A stretch of 64,000 nucleotides of DNA, from the NCBI GenBank assembly GCA_044345405.1, contig JBIJBE010000003.1:79751-143750 (forward strand). The letters are read 5' to 3'. The translations under genes and the position numbers were made by a program. Under the pieces are notes generated by a model. It did not search any database and was not told the origin of the DNA. It worked only from the letters and a program-made list of their open reading frames with translations. This document shows positions 9,703-19,106 of this stretch, in pieces. This DNA comes from Bdellovibrionota bacterium (GTDB lineage Bacteria > Bdellovibrionota_C > UBA2361 > OMII01). How positions within the stretch are numbered: position 1 is the first letter of the stretch; each line of letters starts with the position of its first letter.

Positions 9703-11244
9703 ATGTTTGCTACCGTTCATTCCAGTTGTGTGGTCGGCCTCGATGCGCTCCCGGTGCAGGTCGAATTGTCCGTTCGTGGTGGGCAAAAGCGGTTCACCGT
9801 TTTGGGCCTTGGAGGGACCGCCGTTCGTGAGTCTCGGGATCGGATCGTGTCGGCGTTGGAGCATAGCGGCTTTGACGCCAGCCAGGAGATCCTCGTGAAC
9901 TTAGCGCCCGCGGAGGTCAAGAAGGAGAGCGCCGCGTTCGACCTGCCGATAGCGGTGGCGCTCGCGTGCGCCCTTGGCGGGGTGCCACAGCAGGCGATTA
10001 ACGATCTGGCGTTCTGTGGGGAGCTCTCGCTTACGGGTGAGGTCAAAGAGACGCCCGGAATTACGGCGCACGCCGTGGCGGCGGCGCAACAGAAACGGAA
10101 GATCATCGTTGTGCCGGAAGCTAATGGAGCTGAGGCCGCGGTTGTTCGCGGGGTTCGGGTGCTCGGAGTTCGAACGCTCTCGCAGGTCATTCGGGTGCTC
10201 AATGGACGAGAGGAGCCACGGTTTCACACAAGCGCGCCGCGTGAGCGGAGCTACCAGCCGAAGAGCTTCGACGATGTCGTCGGGCAACACGCCGCTAAGC
10301 GAGCGCTCACGATCGCGGCCGCGGGAGCTCATAATATTTTGATGATAGGCCCGCCTGGATGTGGCAAAAGTATGCTCGCGGAGCGTCTCGCATCGCTCCT
10401 GCCACCACTCTCATCCGCTGAAATGTTGGAGGTGCTGCGCATTCACAGTATTGCCGGGCAGCCGACAGAACCGATCCTATCGGGCGTTCGCCCCTTCCGA
10501 ACGCCGCACTACGTTATTAGCGATGTTGGACTTATCGGTGGAGGACTTGGTCCCCGACCTGGAGAGATAAGCCTCGCGCACCGTGGGGTGCTCTTCCTCG
10601 ACGAGTTTCCGGAGTTTCGACGAACCACGGTGGAATCCCTCCGGTCGCCCCTTGAGGTGGGGTGGGTGCAGGTCGCTCGCGCTCGCGCCTCCGTTCACTT
10701 TCCATCCCGTTTTCAATTAATCGCGGCGATGAATCCGTGTCCGTGTGGTCGTTTCGGTTCGAAGGGGGGCGGGTGTCGATGTCCTCACCACGCGATCCGC
10801 GACTACATCGCGAAGTTATCCCAACCGATCCTCGACCGTATCGATATGCACGTGGAACTTGAGTCCGTTGAGGTTGAGGACCTCGTCACACCGCCGGAGG
10901 TCAAGACAAACCACCATGAGTCGCTCGCTGAAGCCGTAAGCTTGGCGCGGGAGCGGCAGATCGCGCGGTACGGAACCCTCAATAACGAGGTATCTGATGG
11001 AGTAATTCGTGAGAGCTCGTCGATTACTCCGGGTGCTCGAGATCTTCTCACCCAGGCGATTAAACGGCTCGGCATGAGCGCGCGCGGATACGTTCGTGTG
11101 CTGCGAGTGGCGCGCACGATCGCCGATCTCGCGCAGAGCGATCAGATCGACGAAGAGACGATCGCGGAGGCGATCTCGTATCGGTCTCTGGATCGGTTGT
11201 CGAATGTGGTGCATGGGGCGCAGCCGTTTCGGCGGGCGGGATAG
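9703..11244 (+). CDS. comM: ComM/YifB Mg-chelatase-like AAA+ ATPase
   Basis: VNLAPAEVKKE, FDLPIA, GELSLTG, GPPGCGKSML, PGEISLAHRGVLFLDE, AAMNPCPCG, RVARTIADL. Confidence 0.93.
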   Translation: MFATVHSSCVVGLDALPVQVELSVRGGQKRFTVLGLGGTAVRESRDRIVSALEHSGFDASQEILVNLAPAEVKKESAAFDLPIAVALACALGGVPQQAINDLAFCGELSLTGEVKETPGITAHAVAAAQQKRKIIVVPEANGAEAAVVRGVRVLGVRTLSQVIRVLNGREEPRFHTSAPRERSYQPKSFDDVVGQHAAKRALTIAAAGAHNILMIGPPGCGKSMLAERLASLLPPLSSAEMLEVLRIHSIAGQPTEPILSGVRPFRTPHYVISDVGLIGGGLGPRPGEISLAHRGVLFLDEFPEFRRTTVESLRSPLEVGWVQVARARASVHFPSRFQLIAAMNPCPCGRFGSKGGGCRCPHHAIRDYIAKLSQPILDRIDMHVELESVEVEDLVTPPEVKTNHHESLAEAVSLARERQIARYGTLNNEVSDGVIRESSSITPGARDLLTQAIKRLGMSARGYVRVLRVARTIADLAQSDQIDEETIAEAISYRSLDRLSNVVHGAQPFRRAG

Positions 11245-11268
11245 GGTGGTGTGCGAGCCGGCGGTGAC

Positions 11269-11389
11269 GGGAGGGCGACCGTCCCCGGTCGCCGTGTGTT
11301 TTAATTAGGCGAACGGTTTCCGATCATGTAACGTTTCGGCGACCGACACGTTCCCCGAAGATTTCGCGTAGGGGGGCGGTCGCCCTCCC
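11269..11389. repeat. REPIN-like palindromic element copy B with nested hairpin insert
   Basis: GGGAGGGCGACCGTCCCCGGTCGCCGTGTG...TTTCGGCGACCG[acacgttccccgaagatttcgcgtagggggg]CGGTCGCCCTCCC between convergent comM and pilP. Confidence 0.8.
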
Positions 11390-11407
11390 TGGCACCAGGT
11401 TCAACAT

Positions 11408-11800
11408 TCACTCCTCCCCCCTCAACAAAATCTCCCGCCTCTTGATCCCCTCCGCGCCGGCCTCCTCCACAACCATTCCACGCATCGTTATCTCCACAAC
11501 GCGAGCGCCTTCATTACCGATCACGGTACCTCTCTCAACTTTGTATCCGATCCCCTCAGGATTCTCGACGCTCGCGAATCGTTCTCCTTGGGTGTTAGTG
11601 ATTATCGCGGTGAGGGTGAGCGCCGTTATCGGATACCTTTGAAGGGGTGGGATGGCGGTTAACGGGCGAGGCATCGGGGTTGTCTCCACGGGCTGGAAGA
11701 GGTTGCGTCGGGTTCGCGGGACCTCCCCATGACCGTGCGGGCAACTGAGGAGTGTAAAGATGGATGTCACGATAGGTACGAATCTGTTCATGCGAACCAT
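11408..11800 (-). CDS. pilP: type IV pilus assembly protein PilP-like
   Basis: RNLFQP, PLQRYPITALTLTAII, ASVENPEGIGYKVERGTVIG PilP signature; N-terminal Cys, possibly a lipoprotein. Confidence 0.8.
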   Translation of the reverse strand: MVRMNRFVPIVTSIFTLLSCPHGHGEVPRTRRNLFQPVETTPMPRPLTAIPPLQRYPITALTLTAIITNTQGERFASVENPEGIGYKVERGTVIGNEGARVVEITMRGMVVEEAGAEGIKRREILLRGEE

Positions 11801-11975
11801 AGCGTAGGGATGGATCCAGTGGGTCTGAGACGGCGGAGGGATATCGAACGATCGGGGGAAAATGTGCGTATCACCGCTGAGAGCGGGTCGAAATCAGGTA
11901 TTGATGCCAGAGAGGATTGGGAGGAAGAAATTTTTTTGATTGGGAAGGTAGTTACTTGAAAATGGACGAAAAAAA

Positions 11976-12050
11976 TCGGGGTGAGAGGATTTGAACCTCC
12001 GACCCCTAGTTCCCAAAACTAGTGCTCTAGCCGGGCTGAGCTACACCCCG
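11976..12050 (-). tRNA. trnP: tRNA-Pro(TGG)
   Basis: Reverse complement CGGGGTGTAGCTCAGCCCGGCTAGAGCA CTAGT-TTTGGGA-ACTAG GGGTCGGAGGTTCAAATCCTCTCACCCCGA; no encoded CCA. Confidence 0.96.
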
Positions 12051-12072
12051 ATACGTCCGTAACGTGCTGGGG

Positions 12073-12101
12073 AGGTTAGCCTCTCTGGCGGATAGAATCA
12101 A
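12073..12101 (-). promoter_or_regulatory. putative sigma70 promoter of tRNA-Pro
   Basis: TTGATT-N17-TAACCT on the minus strand, ~22 nt upstream of the tRNA. Confidence 0.5.
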
Positions 12102-12352
12102 GCGGGAGAGGGAGCCTTTTCGTGCTTGGGGAGAGGCAAGCCCCTCAGGGGAACCCTAATTCCGTGAACGTGCTTGTGTAGTTGGACGTTTCCAAGGGAG
12201 GAAACTAGCCGATAGGGGATCTTTTGGGACGGGTACCTTCACGTTCACGTTTACGTGCACGAGGACGTTGCGGGTGCCTGAGGTAGCGCGGCTCAGGAGT
12301 GGGTGGCACCCTCTAGGCAAAGTCTGATATACCGAAACAACTTGGAGGACTT

Positions 12353-13750
12353 ATGCCCAACTACGTTTCAATTCGCGATATTTCGAACGATAAGGTGCCC
12401 GTAGGAACGCTCCAGCTCGCCGGCTGGATTAGGACTCACCGTCAATCGAAGCGGGTGTCCTTCATCGAGTTGTCAGATGGAACCTCCGTTACGAACCTCC
12501 AACTCGTGGTTGACCCTCAGTTGCCGGGCTATGCCGAGATCGCTCCAAAGCTCTCGACCGGCGCCTCCATCAAGGTCTCGGGTGAGCTCGTGATCTCACC
12601 TGCCAAGGGGCAGAAGTATGAGTTTCAGGTGAAGGAGCTTGAACTTCTCGGTGAGGCAGACCCTGAGAGCTATCCGCTCCAGAAGAAGGGGCACACCCTT
12701 GAGTTCCTTCGTGAGCAGCTTCATCTCCGTCCTCGAACCGCCACGATGGGCGCGGTGTTGCGCGTTCGATCCGCGGCAGCGTTCGCTGTTCACAAGTTCT
12801 TCACCGAGCGTGGATTCTTTTACATCCACACTCCGATCATCAGCACATCTGATTGCGAGGGAGCTGGTGAGATGTTCCACGTTTCGACCTTCGATCCGGA
12901 GAACCCTCCGCGCGTGAACGGCAAGGTTGACTTCTCTCAGGATTTCTTCAAGGAGCCAGCGAGCCTTACCGTTTCAGGACAGCTGGAAGGGGAGATCTGC
13001 GCGATGGGCCTCTCGAAGATCTACACCTTCGGCCCAACCTTTAGAGCTGAGAATTCAAATACCACGCGCCACCTCGCGGAGTTCTGGATGATCGAGCCGG
13101 AGATGGCCTTCTTCGAGTTGCAGGACAATATGCTCCTTGCGCAAGAGTTCGTTCAGGATGTTTTGAAGCAGGTGTTGCACTCATCCGCCTCTGAGCTTGA
13201 GTTCCTTGCCTCGCAGGAGTGGGCTCAGGAGGGGCACCTTGAAAACCTTCGTCGAGTCGCGGAGACACCGTTCACGACGATGGATTACACGGACGCCGTC
13301 CGTATCCTTGAGCAGAGTGGAAAGAGCTTTGAATATCCGGTGACATGGGGAATCGACCTCCAGTCTGAGCATGAGCGATTTTTAACTGATGAATACGTAA
13401 AGGGGCCGGTTACCGTTGTGAACTACCCGAAGGACATCAAGGCGTTCTACATGCGCCTCAATGAGGACGGTAAGACCGTTCGCGCGATGGATGTGCTTGT
13501 GCCGCGTTTGGGTGAGATCGTTGGAGGCTCTCAACGTGAGGAGCGCCACGATGTTCTTCTTGAGAAGATCCGCGCGATGGGACTGGATGAGCGATCGTAC
13601 TGGTGGTACCTCGAACTTCGCAAGTTCGGAACCGTTCCGCACTCCGGCTTCGGGCTCGGTTTTGAGCGGTTGCTTATGTACCTCACCGGTATGACGAATA
13701 TCCGAGATGTTATTGGATTCCCTCGATTCCCTGGGTTCGCCAAGTTCTAG
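12353..13750 (+). CDS. asnS: asparagine--tRNA ligase
   Basis: YPLQKK, HLRPRT, DCEGAGEMF, LTVSGQL, FGPTFRAENSNTTRHLAEFWMIEPE, GGSQREER, PHSGFGLGFER. Confidence 0.97.
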   Translation: MPNYVSIRDISNDKVPVGTLQLAGWIRTHRQSKRVSFIELSDGTSVTNLQLVVDPQLPGYAEIAPKLSTGASIKVSGELVISPAKGQKYEFQVKELELLGEADPESYPLQKKGHTLEFLREQLHLRPRTATMGAVLRVRSAAAFAVHKFFTERGFFYIHTPIISTSDCEGAGEMFHVSTFDPENPPRVNGKVDFSQDFFKEPASLTVSGQLEGEICAMGLSKIYTFGPTFRAENSNTTRHLAEFWMIEPEMAFFELQDNMLLAQEFVQDVLKQVLHSSASELEFLASQEWAQEGHLENLRRVAETPFTTMDYTDAVRILEQSGKSFEYPVTWGIDLQSEHERFLTDEYVKGPVTVVNYPKDIKAFYMRLNEDGKTVRAMDVLVPRLGEIVGGSQREERHDVLLEKIRAMGLDERSYWWYLELRKFGTVPHSGFGLGFERLLMYLTGMTNIRDVIGFPRFPGFAKF

Positions 13751-13850
13751 CGTCTGGTATTATCACCTATGCGCTTTCGTGTGAGGCGGGGTATACTAGT
13801 GGGGAGAGGTGACACAGCGACAGGGCGTGTCCCCACGGTAGTTATTCCTC

Positions 13851-15065
13851 ATGGCGTTCGACGAAAAAACAAAACGACTCATTGAAAAGACAGAGGCATA
13901 CGCCGCGCATAACTACGCGCCCCTGCCGATCGTGATTGAGTCGGCCAAAGGGGTGTGGGTAACGGATGTTGATGGGCATCGCTACCTCGATTTTTTAAGC
14001 GCGTATAGCGCGCTCAACTTCGGACACTGCAACGAACGGATCGCGAAGGTCGCGCACGCGCAACTCGACAAAGTAACGCTCACCTCGCGAGCCTTTTACT
14101 CGGAGCAGTTCGCGCTTCTCTCGGAGGATCTCGCCAAGTTCTGTCGGAAGGACAAGGTTCTCGTAATGAACTCAGGCGCCGAGGCGGTTGAGACCTCGAT
14201 CAAAGCCGCGCGTCGATGGGCTTATGACGTCAAGAAGATCTCAGAGGAAAAAGCCGAGATTATAACGTGTGATGGAAACTTCCACGGTCGAACGACGACG
14301 ATCGTGAGTTTTAGCACCTCAGAGGATAGTCGGCGCGCGTTTGGCCCCTACACTCCTGGGTTCACAAGCGTTCCGTTTGGCGACGCCACCGCGGTTGAGG
14401 CCGCGATTACGCCTAATACCGCGGCGGTGATGGTTGAGCCCATTCAAGGGGAGGGGGGTGTTATTATCCCGCCAGATGGATATCTAGCGAAGGTGCGGGA
14501 GATCTGCACGCGACACAACGTGCTGCTCATCGCCGACGAGATACAAACCGGCATGTGTCGGACCGGAAAGATCTTCGCGTGTGATCACGAGAACGTTGAT
14601 CCCGATATTGTTATCCTCGCGAAGTCGCTCGGGGGCGGTATCGCGCCGATCTCCTGCATCGCCGCGAATGACTCCGTCATGCATGTATTTTCCCCGGGCT
14701 CGCACGGATCAACGATGGGAGGCAATCCCTTTGCCTGCGCCATCGCTCGGGAGGTAATCGCTATCATCAACGAGGAGAAACCCCACGAGCGAGCCGCGGA
14801 GCTTGGAGCGTACGCGGTAGAGCGCTTGCGAGCTATGAGGTCTCCTATCGTGAGAGAGGTGCGCGGTCGAGGTCTCCTTATCGGAATCGATATCGATCCC
14901 GCCGCTGGTAGCGCCAAGGATTTCTGTAAGAAACTCAAGTACGAGGGGCTGCTCTGTAAGGATACACGGATGCAGACCCTTCGAGTCGCTCCTCCGCTGA
15001 TCATTACCAAAGAGGAGCTCGATCTTGGGTTGGAGAAGTTTGAGCGGGTGTTGGGGGCGAGCTAG
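13851..15065 (+). CDS. rocD: ornithine--oxo-acid aminotransferase
   Basis: AHNYAPLP, DFLSAYSALNFGH, TLTSRAF, MNSGAEAVET, EPIQGEGGV, DEIQTG, HGSTMGGNP. Confidence 0.92.
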   Translation: MAFDEKTKRLIEKTEAYAAHNYAPLPIVIESAKGVWVTDVDGHRYLDFLSAYSALNFGHCNERIAKVAHAQLDKVTLTSRAFYSEQFALLSEDLAKFCRKDKVLVMNSGAEAVETSIKAARRWAYDVKKISEEKAEIITCDGNFHGRTTTIVSFSTSEDSRRAFGPYTPGFTSVPFGDATAVEAAITPNTAAVMVEPIQGEGGVIIPPDGYLAKVREICTRHNVLLIADEIQTGMCRTGKIFACDHENVDPDIVILAKSLGGGIAPISCIAANDSVMHVFSPGSHGSTMGGNPFACAIAREVIAIINEEKPHERAAELGAYAVERLRAMRSPIVREVRGRGLLIGIDIDPAAGSAKDFCKKLKYEGLLCKDTRMQTLRVAPPLIITKEELDLGLEKFERVLGAS

Positions 15066-15078
15066 GAACCCTGTGGAG

Positions 15079-15170
15079 GGGAGGGCGACCGTCCCCGGTC
15101 GCCGTGTGGTTTTATCACCTGATTTTTTTGGGCATGAAATATTTCGGCGACCAGGAGTGGTCGCCCTCCC
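15079..15170. repeat. REPIN-like palindromic element copy C (uninterrupted)
   Basis: GGGAGGGCGACCGTCCCCGGTCGCCG-AT-rich spacer-CGGCGACCAGGAGTGGTCGCCCTCCC between convergent genes. Confidence 0.85.
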
Positions 15171-15195
15171 ATGTGCCGGACGCTTTTTTCGCCCC

Positions 15196-16302
15196 CTACG
15201 CAATCCCCCGCAACGCCCGATCATCTCGGCACAGCTTGCCGAACTCGTTCGCGAGGAAGTCGGTCAGTGAGATGTCTTCGGCTCGAATGAAACCTGACTT
15301 CTTCCCGATCGCACCTGAGAGAAGGAGATCGATAGGCGCGCATATTCCCGCGGCGGTTGTCACTTGAATGGCGCTAAAATGTTTTCCACTCACGATCTGA
15401 TTGTACACACAACTCGCGTAGGTCTTTTGAGTTCTCACCCCTTTGAGAGTGCCTGACGCCTCAACAAAGATGATGCATTTATCCTGTCCCGTCGTTGGGA
15501 TGCTTCGCTCAAATACCTGCTTGAGTCCGTCACGATCGTTGATGAATTTAAGGTCGTGAAGAAGGAATGACACAAACTCTCTGTGTCCCGGATAGCGGAT
15601 CGTCTTATAGTTGAGGTCGCATACCTTCCCATGAAGCGCGTCGGCGAGGGTGCCGAGCCCACCCGAGGTATTAAACGCCTCGTACTCATCTCCATCAAAT
15701 GAGAATTTCTCGAGGCCCTCGAGCGCTGGCACCGTGAGCTTGACGCCCCCCTGAATAACCTCGCACGGATTGCAGTACTCATTGATCAATCCGTCGGTAG
15801 ACCATGTGAGGTTGTACATCAACCGATTCGTGGGATACATCGGAAGCGCTCCGACTCGAAGCTTGAGTGAATCCACCGAATCTAAGAGGCCGACCAGATG
15901 CGCCGCGGCAATGCTGATAAATCCCGGAGCGAGTCCACACTGCGGCATAAAGCAGGAGCGCGAATTCTGTGAGAGTTGCGCGATGAATTTCGAGGTCTCC
16001 ACGTCCTCAGTAAGGTCCGCGTAGTGAATTCCGACGTCGTGAGCCGCTTGGGCGACAGCTCTGTTGCAAAAGAAGGGAAGGGCGCTGATGACGATCTCGC
16101 AATCAGCGAGAAGTTTTCTCAATGAAGCGGCGTCATTGAGATTGACGAGGTGGGCTTCGCAGCAGCTCTTATCACGAGCGGCGATCTCCGCTCGTTTGAG
16201 GTCGAGATCGCACACCTTAACCTTATACCGTCCCGAGGCGGCGAAGAGCGCGGTGATGGTCTCTCCAATTTTTCCAGCTCCGATGAGCGCGACAGTTCTC
16301 AT
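15196..16302 (-). CDS. saccharopine dehydrogenase / L-lysine 6-dehydrogenase family
   Basis: IGAGKIG Rossmann motif, YADLTEDV, PQCGLAPG, LMYNLTWSTDGLINEY, YEAFNTSGG, YKTIRYPGH. Confidence 0.9.
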   Translation of the reverse strand: MRTVALIGAGKIGETITALFAASGRYKVKVCDLDLKRAEIAARDKSCCEAHLVNLNDAASLRKLLADCEIVISALPFFCNRAVAQAAHDVGIHYADLTEDVETSKFIAQLSQNSRSCFMPQCGLAPGFISIAAAHLVGLLDSVDSLKLRVGALPMYPTNRLMYNLTWSTDGLINEYCNPCEVIQGGVKLTVPALEGLEKFSFDGDEYEAFNTSGGLGTLADALHGKVCDLNYKTIRYPGHREFVSFLLHDLKFINDRDGLKQVFERSIPTTGQDKCIIFVEASGTLKGVRTQKTYASCVYNQIVSGKHFSAIQVTTAAGICAPIDLLLSGAIGKKSGFIRAEDISLTDFLANEFGKLCRDDRALRGIA

Positions 16303-16565
16303 AGCGTTATCTCTAGGGGTGGGACATTCGCCAGTGTTCGCGTCTCAGCCCCTCAACTAACCGTTCTTTTTGTTAGATTCCCAACCATGCTCCCTCGCTC
16401 CGGGCGCACTCCCAGTATCAACCCTAAATCAGTGAGAGTGCCATGAAGAACTGCCATCGGTGCCGCCGGAGCTCCTTGTCTCAGGGGGTTACGAGACTCG
16501 AGCGCCGACGCGCTCGCCTCGGTTAGAACGGTGATTCGGTGGTGGTAGGGGTTCTTCCCGCGCCG

Positions 16566-18815
16566 CTACGATCGACCCATCGCCCGAGGGGACATAATCT
16601 CTGATAGCGCGAGCTGCTCCTGAGCAACCGAGAGGGGCAGGGCGTATTTGGAGCGTGAATGCTCGATGCACGCCTTAGCCGAATTCTCGCTCGAGGAAGC
16701 GGTCTCTACGTTGAGCGTGTATCCAGAGAAGGCCTCAAGGATCTCGCCGTCGATACTCATCTTCACGTAGAACTCCCGAAGTGGAAGGTTCATGAGATCT
16801 TCGGCGCCGAATCTCGGCTTAAATTCTTGCGCGACAACCGCGGCGTCCTGCGCGCCCACCCGGAAGCACACGAGGTTCGCCACGTTTCCGAAGATCGTCT
16901 GCTTGACCGTTTGAGGAAGCTGACCGAGGAACTGATTGGCGAAGGTGAGGCAGAGTCGATATTTTCGGGACTCGCTCAAGATCTCACCGAACGACGGTGT
17001 GGCGAAGTTTTGAAATTCGTCGACGTAGAAGTAGAAGTCTTGTCGAGACTCCACGGGAATATCAGCTCGTGACATCGCGGCCTCGTAGAGCTTCCAGATG
17101 ATCAGGGAGCCGAGAAGGGACGCGTTCTCAGCGCCGAGCAAGCCCTTTGATATCTTGAAGATCACTATCTTTCGAGAGTCGATGAAATCACGGAAATCGA
17201 AGGTGTTCGTCGGCTGACCGAGGATGTTTCGAATCATGTCTGTCGCGAGCAGCTCATCGAGGCGATTGAGAAGCTGCGATACAGGACCTTCCTCGAATTC
17301 TTGGCGACGGGACGGAAACTCAACTTCCCAGAATCGACGAACTGATTCGTCGGTGCTGCGCGAGACAACTTCTCTGCGGAATTCATCATCGGAGAGAAGA
17401 CGCCGAAGAGAAACGATACTGGCACCCGGAATGTTGAGGAGCGCGTTGATAGCGTATCGCAAAAGGTGATCCATCTTATCGGACCAGCCATCTCCGAACA
17501 CTCGCTTAAAGGTATCTAAGAAGCTGAGCATGACTCGAACCTTGAGGTCCGGTCGGATCGGGATCATCGGATTGAAGCTCGGAGGGTGCTCAAGATCACT
17601 CGGGTCGAAGATAACCACATCCTTGAGTCGGTGCTTCGGAATCGTCTTCAAGATCTCATCAGAGAGGTCTCCATGAGGATCGAGCACCGCGCACCCGAAG
17701 CCGTTGTCGATATCGGATTTCACGAGGAGCTGAAGGAAACACGATTTTCCGTTTCCTGACTTGCCAAGAACGTAGAGATGCCGTCGACGGTCGAATCGCC
17801 GTAAGCCGAACGGCGTGCTTTGATCTCGGTAGTTGGTGATTCCACAAAAACTGATCTGAGGATCGTTTGGCGTTGAGGGGAGGTTGCGTGGTGGTGGCGC
17901 CTTTCGAGAGAGCACGATCGACGTATTGGGTAGCGTTCCCGTGGTGGGAGGGTGCCACAGCGTCGTTAGCTCAATGGCGGACACCATGAAGGGGCTGTGG
18001 AACCGCCGTTGTTGCATGAGCTTAATGGCGGAGGGTCCGTAGCGAAGGGGGCGAGTCTTCAGCCGATTCTCGTCCGCGGTGTTGAGGTATTTCACGGCAT
18101 GGGTTGCCGCTCGTACGTGATGAGCGAGGCGCGCCTTGAGAGACGCGGCGTCGTTCTTTGTCGCGTCCTTCGGAAGATCCGCGAACGCGGTCACTCGGTA
18201 GTTGATCATGAACAAGCGAGAGAGGCACTTCTCTTTAACGAGTTTCAAGCTCTCATTAGCGATATCGCGCTTAAGCCACGTTCGCGTCCGGAAGAAGCGG
18301 CAGAACTGCTCGACCTTTCTTAGCGCTCCTAACTTCAAATGCAGCGCGGGGGTGTCCTGCAGTGGGCGGACGATGACTTGGAGGAGGACGTTTTCGAATT
18401 CCGAGATCCGAGTAAGTGTTGTGACGACAGGCGCCATGCTGTCCCACGCGAAGACCCTGTAATTTTGAAGGGGGTATATGTCTGGCAACTCCAAATCGAG
18501 GTCCGCGCTTACCGCCATGGTCCGATCGGTGGTCTCTTCGGTGTAGTCATCGATGTACTGAATCTCGACGTCAGCCCACCACCCGTAAATCGCCTTGGTA
18601 ATGAGCGTTAGTGTCTCCTCCTCGGCCGCGATGCAGATGTAGACGATCGTCCCTTTCGCGTAGAGCTCAAGGGAGAAGGGCTCCCTTGATTGCTCCGCGA
18701 TGTTGTTGAGCTGATTGAGGAAGAAGTTCGCGGTAACCAGGCTCCACTTGGTCATCTTCATGGCCTCGCCGATGGTTAAATTGGCTCGGGGGACGTGGAT
18801 GAGGGCTACGCGCAT
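16566..18815 (-). CDS. VirD4/TraD/HerA-superfamily P-loop ATPase with uncharacterised N-terminal domain
   Basis: RRRHLYVLGKSGNGKS (Walker A), VLDPHGDL, FYFYVDEFQNF (Walker B), ESRKYRLCLTFANQ, IFGNVANLVCFRVG. Confidence 0.85.
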   Translation of the reverse strand: MRVALIHVPRANLTIGEAMKMTKWSLVTANFFLNQLNNIAEQSREPFSLELYAKGTIVYICIAAEEETLTLITKAIYGWWADVEIQYIDDYTEETTDRTMAVSADLDLELPDIYPLQNYRVFAWDSMAPVVTTLTRISEFENVLLQVIVRPLQDTPALHLKLGALRKVEQFCRFFRTRTWLKRDIANESLKLVKEKCLSRLFMINYRVTAFADLPKDATKNDAASLKARLAHHVRAATHAVKYLNTADENRLKTRPLRYGPSAIKLMQQRRFHSPFMVSAIELTTLWHPPTTGTLPNTSIVLSRKAPPPRNLPSTPNDPQISFCGITNYRDQSTPFGLRRFDRRRHLYVLGKSGNGKSCFLQLLVKSDIDNGFGCAVLDPHGDLSDEILKTIPKHRLKDVVIFDPSDLEHPPSFNPMIPIRPDLKVRVMLSFLDTFKRVFGDGWSDKMDHLLRYAINALLNIPGASIVSLRRLLSDDEFRREVVSRSTDESVRRFWEVEFPSRRQEFEEGPVSQLLNRLDELLATDMIRNILGQPTNTFDFRDFIDSRKIVIFKISKGLLGAENASLLGSLIIWKLYEAAMSRADIPVESRQDFYFYVDEFQNFATPSFGEILSESRKYRLCLTFANQFLGQLPQTVKQTIFGNVANLVCFRVGAQDAAVVAQEFKPRFGAEDLMNLPLREFYVKMSIDGEILEAFSGYTLNVETASSSENSAKACIEHSRSKYALPLSVAQEQLALSEIMSPRAMGRS

Positions 18816-19106
18816 GGTGGGAAATGAAAAAAAGAAATTTAAACAACGGTTACCATTGTACTCGCAAATGAGGGCCTACTGAAGAGGTCTCTTCCCTTGT
18901 CACTCCTTCCGGCTTTTGTTCAGTAATTTGAATGTTTTCGGTGAGCTGGTTCTCATCCGAGTGTAGGGACGGCATCAGAGAGGAATTCAGTGCCTTCTCA
19001 AGGCGAGCGGTTCCTAAGTTGTTTATTTTACGACCTTATCTCCTTGAAAGCCGAATCTATTCCCGTTAGTGTCGTGGCTACGTTCTCAGAGATACAAGAG
19101 GTTCCG

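Noticed and set aside
16566-18815. Conjugative element or ICE around the VirD4-like gene
   Set aside because: No relaxase, VirB4, integrase, att repeats or cargo; flanking genes are metabolic.
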